Shown here one piece after another: positions 49,234 to 53,976 of a stretch of 64,000 nt of DNA (within the stretch, counting starts at the first letter, position 1; each line of letters starts with the position of its first letter). The notes under the pieces were generated by a model. That model was not told the DNA's origin. It did no database searches and saw nothing but the letters and a program-made list of their open reading frames with translations. Position numbers and translations under genes: made by a program. This stretch comes from a virus. The stretch is taken from the IMG/VR virus record IMGVR_UViG_3300009181_000044, positions 34,858 to 98,857 of that record; one strand, written 5' to 3'.

Positions 49234-49528
49234 GCCAACTTATTCTGTTACGAGGAAAGTTGGCGGAAACCCTAAGCAGTGTTTAGGCTGCTAATGCGAA
49301 CTGTGAGTCGTTTGCGTTTACTTTTTGTTTAGTTTTTACAGCTACTCTGCTGAGTTGTCCACTCGTTTACTTGTCGCCCTGTCGAAACTATGCAGGCCCA
49401 TCAAAAGCACATAATCCCCACTAGAGCCCTAAGAGGTTTCTTTCATCTAGGACAACTATGTGCTTATGGTGGACCTGGGGGGATTCGCACCCCCGTCCAA
49501 GACACTTTTCTGTTTGCTTCATACAACC
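49234..49528 (-). ncRNA. ssrA: Circularly permuted two-piece tmRNA
   Basis: Acceptor piece ~49528..49467 (T-arm, CAGGTCCACCA) precedes coding piece starting GGGCCTG at 49399 (G3:U70); tag ANDSQFALAA* at 49315..49283; intervening segment 49466..49400; terminal hairpin 49264..49234. Confidence 0.92.
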
Positions 49529-49643
49529 ATATTATAACACACTACCCATGCTAGGCTAAGCTAATCCTAGTTACCCGCGGAAGGTGTGCGTACGTTTACT
49601 CCGCATATATGTATTAAGTGGCGAGTAATGTGCTATAATATGG
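49527..49643 (-). ncRNA. Stem-enclosed structured RNA cassette (tRNA-Thr to tmRNA)
   Basis: CCATATTATAGCACATTAC / GTAGTGTGTTATAATATGG closing stem with internal hairpins GCGGA/TCCGC and CTAGG/CCTAG. Confidence 0.6.
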
Positions 49644-49715
49644 TGCCGACTATCGGATTCGAACTGATGACCTATCGCTTACAAGGCGATTGCACTACCA
49701 CTGTGCTAAGTCGGC
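49641..49715 (-). tRNA. tRNA-Thr(TGT)
   Basis: Cloverleaf with CCA. Confidence 0.92.
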
Positions 49716-49719
49716 AATC

Positions 49720-49796
49720 TGGAGTTGGTGACAGGATTCGAACCTGCATAATACGGATTTGCAATCCGTTGCCTAGCCGTTCAGCTACACACCAAC
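49720..49796 (-). tRNA. tRNA-Cys(GCA)
   Basis: Cloverleaf, U73, CCA; slightly expanded D-region. Confidence 0.85.
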
Positions 49797-49797
49797 A

Positions 49798-50025
49798 TTA
49801 AATCATTTTTCTATCGTGTACTAATGCACTAAAGGTATCAAATAGCTGACCAAACTTTAATTCGTAAATGGTTTCTAAGCCTAACAAGAAGTTGGAAATC
49901 TCATCTTGAGTTATTGGTCCACCACCAATTTTGCCTTCCAAAACATTTTTGTTTAAAAGCTGAATTTCATCAGTAATTCTCCAGCAATCAAGAATTTGTT
50001 GTTCAAGATCAAATCTGTCTGCCAT
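49798..50025 (-). CDS. Hypothetical protein
   Basis: 'DRFDLEQQILDCW' phage-type small protein. Confidence 0.65.
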   Translation of the reverse strand: MADRFDLEQQILDCWRITDEIQLLNKNVLEGKIGGGPITQDEISNFLLGLETIYELKFGQLFDTFSALVHDRKMI

Positions 50026-50155
50026 TTTGTTTTTCCTTTAGTAATTGTTTAATTGCGTTTTCTACTAATTGACTCAGGGTAATGTTTTGCTGTTTTGCTA
50101 AACGCTTGCACTGGTCTAATAATTCTTTATCAAAGTGTATTGTAACTGTTTTCAC
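50009..50155 (-). CDS. Ribbon-helix-helix-like small protein (48 aa, not in ORF track)
   Basis: (V)KTVTIHFDKELLDQCKRLAKQQNITLSQLVENAIKQLL... Confidence 0.55.
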   Translation of the reverse strand: MKTVTIHFDKELLDQCKRLAKQQNITLSQLVENAIKQLLKEKQNGRQI

Positions 50156-50156
50156 G

Positions 50157-50627
50157 TTAATTTGCAAGTATAAATTTTAATCGGTCTGCTGCATAACTAG
50201 CGGCAAATGCGTCTGGCTTTACCTGTGCAGTAATATTACAGGTGCCTTTAATATATCCAATAGCTTGACTTACTACTATGTTACTAGCATATTTATCATT
50301 AGGGTTAATATCTAAGTGAACCTCAACGTGTCTGTCTTCTAGCACATCTGCAAGCTGTTGAAATAGTTCTGATACTTTGTAAACTTCAATCATTAAGCGC
50401 ATTGCAGGTTTATTTGCTTTTTGGTCGTAGTCACGTTCACGCTGTATATCGCCAAAAATTTTGCAACCATGCTTGCCGTCTATATGAACAACAACTGCTA
50501 AAGTATAGTCTGCATACCAGATACCGCGAACATTTAAACGCTCTGAATCAGCGCCTAAGTATATTTTGGTTTCAGGGGATTGCTCTACGATAAACTGTTT
50601 TACTTGTTCAATGTCAAAGGGTTGCAT
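50157..50627 (-). CDS. RNase H-like YkuK/DUF458 family protein
   Basis: 'IYLGADS', 'RLMIEV', 'EVHLDIN' and 'KPDAFAASYAAD' motifs. Confidence 0.8.
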   Translation of the reverse strand: MQPFDIEQVKQFIVEQSPETKIYLGADSERLNVRGIWYADYTLAVVVHIDGKHGCKIFGDIQRERDYDQKANKPAMRLMIEVYKVSELFQQLADVLEDRHVEVHLDINPNDKYASNIVVSQAIGYIKGTCNITAQVKPDAFAASYAADRLKFILAN

Positions 50628-50640
50628 GATATTATGTGTT

Positions 50641-50717
50641 TGGTACGGCCTAAGAGATTCGAACTCCTAACCTTCTCGTTCGTAGCGAGGTGCACTATCC
50701 AGTTGTGCTAAGGCCGT
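50641..50717 (-). tRNA. tRNA-Arg(ACG)
   Basis: Cloverleaf with CCA. Confidence 0.9.
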
Positions 50718-50718
50718 G

Positions 50719-50792
50719 TGGCAGAGGGTACTGGGTTCGAACCAGTGATGACAGAGTCAAAGTCTGTAGTGTTACCGCTACACTAACCCCCA
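50719..50792 (-). tRNA. tRNA-Gln(TTG)
   Basis: Cloverleaf, G73, CCA. Confidence 0.9.
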
Positions 50793-50799
50793 ACTGTAT

Positions 50800-50875
50800 T
50801 GGCTCCCCAGGATGGGATCGAACCACCGACACGTTGATTAACAGTCAACTGCAACTACCGCTGTGCTACTAGGGA
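50800..50875 (-). tRNA. tRNA-Asn(GTT)
   Basis: Cloverleaf with CCA. Confidence 0.9.
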
Positions 50876-50883
50876 ATGTGTTT

Positions 50884-51039
50884 TTACCAGTGGTGAATTA
50901 CACCGGCAACGATAAAACAGTTAGTTACTAAATAACTAACTACTATAATTGTTCTTATTATGGCAACTCGGTCAGCGGTTTCATTATCGCCTGATTTTTC
51001 GCCTAGGGCTTTAGCCCATAATGTCCATAATGTTTTCAT
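50884..51039 (-). CDS. Small membrane protein (51 aa, not in ORF track)
   Basis: MKTLWTLWAKALGEKSGDNETADRVAIIRTIIVVSYLVTNCFIVAGVIHHW. Confidence 0.65.
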   Translation of the reverse strand: MKTLWTLWAKALGEKSGDNETADRVAIIRTIIVVSYLVTNCFIVAGVIHHW

Positions 51040-51043
51040 AATT

Positions 51044-51119
51044 TGGCGGGTCTAGGGGGTAACGATCCCCACTCTTCGGCAGTGACAGTGCCGTGTGCGT
51101 CCATGAACACTTTAGACCC
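51044..51119 (-). tRNA. tRNA-Asp(GTC)
   Basis: Cloverleaf; atypical T-loop ATCGTTA; CCA. Confidence 0.85.
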
Positions 51120-51123
51120 TTAT

Positions 51124-51207
51124 TGGTACGAGAGACGGGACTCGAACCCGTATGCCTTGCGACGAGAGATTTTAAGTCTCTTGAGTATACCATTTCTCCA
51201 CTCTCGC
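51124..51207 (-). tRNA. tRNA-Leu(TAA)
   Basis: Type II cloverleaf with CCA. Confidence 0.9.
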
Positions 51208-51215
51208 GTATATTT

Positions 51216-51308
51216 TGGTGGATTAGGTTGGAGTCGAACCAACATTGTTTTCCCAGAGGGGACGGGTTTACAGCCCGCCGATGCACACGCCATAGCATCA
51301 ACTAATCC
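51216..51308 (-). tRNA. tRNA-Tyr(GTA)
   Basis: Type II; 5-bp D-stem GATGC/GCATC; CCA. Confidence 0.82.
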
Positions 51309-51325
51309 AGTGATTTTGAAAAGTA

Positions 51326-51354
51326 ATTATAACAAAACTTGACCACAAAGTCAA
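51326..51354 (-). promoter_or_regulatory. sigma70-like promoter with overlapping palindrome
   Basis: TTGACT-17-TATAAT; AAACTTGAC-N6-GTCAAGTTT. Confidence 0.7.
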
Positions 51355-51364
51355 GTTTAAAAAT

Positions 51365-51438
51365 TGGTATCCCGTGAGAGAATCGAACTCCCGCCAAGAG
51401 ATTTGGAGTTTCTTGTGCTACCATTACACCAACGAGAT
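51365..51438 (-). tRNA. tRNA-Trp(CCA)
   Basis: Cloverleaf; A73 instead of the usual G73. Confidence 0.82.
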
Positions 51439-51439
51439 A

Positions 51440-51619
51440 TTAAGCGTAAAACCACTGCTCATTTTCTTTTATTAAAGCTTGTTCTGTTGTGAGTATATCA
51501 TAGTACTCGTTTTTATCTATACCTGTATTATCAGGATTTTTTGCAAATGTTCGCGCCCAATTTTCGGCAACTACTTCATCTGCTACAGTTTGGGGCCTTT
51601 GTTTTGAACCTTTTGACAT
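51440..51619 (-). CDS. Small protein (59 aa, not in ORF track)
   Basis: RBS AGGAG; MSKGSKQRPQTVADEVVAENWARTFAKNPD... Confidence 0.6.
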   Translation of the reverse strand: MSKGSKQRPQTVADEVVAENWARTFAKNPDNTGIDKNEYYDILTTEQALIKENEQWFYA

Positions 51620-51631
51620 AACTTCTCCTAT

Positions 51632-51706
51632 TGGTGGACATAAGTAGATTCGAACTACTGACCTAGGCCGTATGAAGACCGTGCACTACCGCTGTGCTAT
51701 ATGTCC
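51632..51706 (-). tRNA. tRNA-Met(CAT), elongator-like
   Basis: Cloverleaf, G1:C72, CCA. Confidence 0.82.
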
Positions 51707-51712
51707 TGAATC

Positions 51713-51758
51713 TGGTTGCACCATTCTCGAAACGATAGGCTGACTACTATCCCTGGCA
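51713..51758 (-). ncRNA. Putative CCA-terminated mini-RNA B
   Basis: GCCA/TGGT pairing, internal GATAG/CTATC hairpin, ends TGCAACCA. Confidence 0.35.
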
Positions 51759-51767
51759 TGGGTTTAT

Positions 51768-51843
51768 TGGTTGCAGTGGCTGGATTCGAACCAGCGATTT
51801 TTGGCTTATGAGACCAAACGGATGACCACTTCCATACACTGCG
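51768..51843 (-). tRNA. tRNA-fMet(CAT)
   Basis: C1:A72 mismatch, CAT anticodon, CCA. Confidence 0.88.
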
Positions 51844-51849
51844 ATAAGT

Positions 51850-51996
51850 TTAATAACAAGTATTAAATGTTCTGCGATTTTGATATGCTTGCCAGATTGA
51901 CTCTAGACGTTGTATATCTTTGTGATCTTGAGGATTTGCATCATTCATGAAATCTTCTATCGTGTAAGGTTTGAACACTTCCCTTACACGCTGCAT
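51850..51996 (-). CDS. Small hypothetical protein (48 aa)
   Basis: MQRVREVFKPYTIEDFMNDANPQDHKDIQRLESIWQAYQNRR... Confidence 0.45.
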   Translation of the reverse strand: MQRVREVFKPYTIEDFMNDANPQDHKDIQRLESIWQAYQNRRTFNTCY

Positions 51997-52000
51997 TAAA

Positions 52001-52228
52001 TCACTTAGCATGGGCAACAAAACCATATAGTTTTTGAGCTTGATCTAAGACTTCATCAAAAGTATACATTTTAGGCATATACTCTTTGTAGTCTGACTCA
52101 ACTTTTTGGCCTTGTTTAACCAATTCTTCAAAGGCTCGCTTTGCAAATTGGGTGTTAATTTCGTGTTGTGTTTCAAGGTACTCTTTAGCCATTTCTAGCA
52201 GTTGAGTACGAATTTCAAATGGATTCAT
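52001..52228 (-). CDS. Small phage protein
   Basis: 'NPFEIRTQLLEMAK...EVLDQAQKLYGFV' pattern; CA-repeat leader. Confidence 0.7.
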   Translation of the reverse strand: MNPFEIRTQLLEMAKEYLETQHEINTQFAKRAFEELVKQGQKVESDYKEYMPKMYTFDEVLDQAQKLYGFVAHAK

Positions 52229-52259
52229 AATATTTCCTGTGTATTGTGTGTGAAAGAAG

Positions 52260-52297
52260 GTCGCGTCTTTTAGAGCCTTAACACGACTATGAGGGCT
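52260..52297 (-). promoter_or_regulatory. Putative H-type pseudoknot
   Basis: AGCCCT/AAGGCT stem 1 and GTCGTGTT/GACGCGAC stem 2. Confidence 0.4.
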
Positions 52298-52301
52298 AAT
52301 A

Positions 52302-52511
52302 TTATTCTGACTTGCCTAAACGACCCATATCGCCATCATGGGTAATACCCTCGGTAGCGGCTACAATAGTAATTGGCATTAATTCGGTGCTTCCAGGTGC
52401 TAAATCGCCTACATCTGCTCCAGTTTTAGGGTCTTTGACTTCAGCATAGCCTTCGTCATAAGGTACGCCAATAGCTGTTGGTTTTGGCTCTATCATTGCT
52501 TTTGTTTTCAT
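52302..52511 (-). CDS. Hypothetical protein
   Basis: RBS AAGGA; 69 aa. Confidence 0.55.
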   Translation of the reverse strand: MKTKAMIEPKPTAIGVPYDEGYAEVKDPKTGADVGDLAPGSTELMPITIVAATEGITHDGDMGRLGKSE

Positions 52512-52528
52512 ATAATTCCTTAAAAGTT

Positions 52529-52603
52529 TGGTATCCATGGACAATTCCGAGATGTCGACCTAACGCTTATCAAGCGTTTGCTCTGCCTCTGAGCTACACG
52601 GAT
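52529..52603 (-). tRNA. tRNA-Ile(GAT)
   Basis: Cloverleaf; atypical T-loop CTCGGAA; CCA. Confidence 0.82.
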
Positions 52604-52608
52604 ATAGT

Positions 52609-52684
52609 TGGTCCTGCCTCGTGGGATCGAACCACGTTCACTGGTTCTTCAAACCAGCGCTATGACCACATCAGCTAAAGCAGG
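52609..52684 (-). tRNA. tRNA-Phe(GAA)
   Basis: Cloverleaf, G37, CCA. Confidence 0.85.
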
Positions 52685-52889
52685 GATTTTCGTCTTGCCA
52701 CTTCTGAGCCTGATAGCTATTGCAATCAACTCGCCAGGGGCACTGTGAAAGAACAATTGATGAGCAATCGTCCATACCCCAACAACGTGGTGGAATACTT
52801 CCACGTATGGCAATAATTTGTTTTACTACCATGTCGTGACGATTGCTTAGGTTAGCTTGCTTGTCAAGCAGTGTTTGTAAATCTGACAT
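52671..52889 (-). CDS. Cys-rich hypothetical protein (72 aa)
   Basis: MSDLQTLL...CWGMDDCS...CPWRVDC; stop codon inside tRNA-Phe. Confidence 0.6.
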   Translation of the reverse strand: MSDLQTLLDKQANLSNRHDMVVKQIIAIRGSIPPRCWGMDDCSSIVLSQCPWRVDCNSYQAQKWQDENPCFS

Positions 52890-52901
52890 AAAACCTCTAG
52901 G

Positions 52902-52972
52902 GGTGGCCACTGGGAGTTGAACCCAGACTAAAAGAATCACAATCTCGGGTGCTGCCATTACACTATGACCAC
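52902..52972 (-). tRNA. tRNA-His(GTG), no encoded G-1 or complete CCA
   Basis: GTGGTCA/TGGCCAC acceptor, C73, followed by CCT; flanked by an inverted repeat. Confidence 0.8.
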
Positions 52973-52986
52973 ACCTAAAAGTTTTA

Positions 52987-53078
52987 TGGCGGAACATATT
53001 GGATTCGAACCAATGGGGCAGCTTTCGCCACCCGCCGGTTTAGCAAACCGGTGCCTTAGACCTCTCGGCCAATGTTCC
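52987..53078 (-). tRNA. tRNA-Ser(GCT)
   Basis: Type II cloverleaf, G73, CCA. Confidence 0.92.
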
Positions 53079-53155
53079 ATATAGGAACACACTACCTAGT
53101 TTTAACTTTTTGCGTAGGACTTTCGCCTGCAACGTAGTAATGTGTTTTTATATGG
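53077..53155 (-). ncRNA. Stem-enclosed RNA cassette (tRNA-Lys to tRNA-Ser)
   Basis: CCATATAAAAACACATTAC / GTAGTGTGTTCCTATATGG stem; inner GAAA tetraloop hairpin. Confidence 0.55.
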
Positions 53156-53227
53156 TAGAGGCACAGAGAATCGAACTCTGATTTACTGGTTAAAAGCCAG
53201 TTACTTTAGCCGTTAAGTTATGCCTCC
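53153..53227 (-). tRNA. tRNA-Lys(TTT)
   Basis: Cloverleaf with CCA. Confidence 0.9.
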
Positions 53228-53340
53228 AGGCTACGCTTCCATTTACCACGAAGCTGTTTGTGGCTTTTTTTATGCGAACCACTGCCGTTACACTTCTGTA
53301 AAGCTAAGGCAACATGGTTCCGTGGTTTGGGTATCTTCAT
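53218..53340 (-). CDS. Small basic protein (40 aa, not in ORF track)
   Basis: RBS AAGGA; MKIPKPRNHVALALQKCNGSGSHKKSHKQLRGKWKRSLEA; stop codon inside tRNA-Lys. Confidence 0.65.
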   Translation of the reverse strand: MKIPKPRNHVALALQKCNGSGSHKKSHKQLRGKWKRSLEA

Positions 53341-53354
53341 AATACTTCCTTGTT

Positions 53355-53396
53355 TGGTGGCGGATTTACCTTTACGTCAGTTACTCTGACAACGCC
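53355..53396 (-). ncRNA. Putative CCA-terminated mini-RNA A
   Basis: GGCG/CGCC-A-CCA with an internal GTCAG/CTGAC hairpin. Confidence 0.45.
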
Positions 53397-53411
53397 AAGG
53401 CTTAAAACTAT

Positions 53412-53486
53412 TGGTGGACCGAGGGAGGATCGAACTCCCACCCGAGGCTTGCAAAGCCACTGTGCTCCCATTATCACTATCAGCCC
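53412..53486 (-). tRNA. tRNA-Ala(TGC)
   Basis: G3:U70, cloverleaf, CCA. Confidence 0.9.
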
Positions 53487-53669
53487 ATTTTAATGTATAT
53501 ACTATTTACTACCCAAGCCGCTAAGCTTGTGACTCTAGTTTATTGTGTTCATGACGCACGCCTGTACTAGAGTTCAGTCTATACCCTATATCATTACTAG
53601 TAAATATAGGTTTCAAAACTGCAAGGTTCCAAACTAAATTGGCCACGAGCAGTATATACATTAAAATGG
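53485..53669 (-). ncRNA. Stem-enclosed ~185-nt multibranch RNA (tRNA-Pro to tRNA-Ala)
   Basis: Perfect 19-bp CCATTTTAATGTATATACT/AGTATATACATTAAAATGG stem; internal stems CCTATAT/ATATAGG and ACTCTAGT/ACTAGAGT. Confidence 0.65.
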
Positions 53670-53740
53670 TCTCAGTGGCAAGAATCGAACTTGCGCTTCA
53701 TGTTCCCAAAACACGGGTGATGCCATTTCACTACACTGAG
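53667..53740 (-). tRNA. tRNA-Pro(TGG)
   Basis: Cloverleaf, C1:G72, CCA. Confidence 0.9.
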
Positions 53741-53747
53741 ACTAAAC

Positions 53748-53975
53748 TTATTTTGTTTTTTGTGGAAAAACTACTTTTGTTTCTTCTTTTTTGATTTCTG
53801 TATCTGCAAATCTACCTGTACCTAAGTTCCAACTATCTTCGGTAAACACCTTAACAGGTTTCCAGAATTTATGTATAATATTGTTAATTGCACAAATTCC
53901 AGCAACAATAACAATAAATCCTGCAACTACTAAAACTCCACCTGCTAAAAAGGTTGATGCTATATCTATATCCAT
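53748..53975 (-). CDS. Single-TM membrane protein
   Basis: N-terminal hydrophobic helix. Confidence 0.6.
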   Translation of the reverse strand: MDIDIASTFLAGGVLVVAGFIVIVAGICAINNIIHKFWKPVKVFTEDSWNLGTGRFADTEIKKEETKVVFPQKTK

Positions 53976-53976
53976 A

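Noticed and set aside
51713-51767. HDV-like theta ribozyme in tRNA 3' trailers
   Set aside because: I could not build the nested double pseudoknot by eye here or at other trailers; a motif search would be needed to exclude it fully
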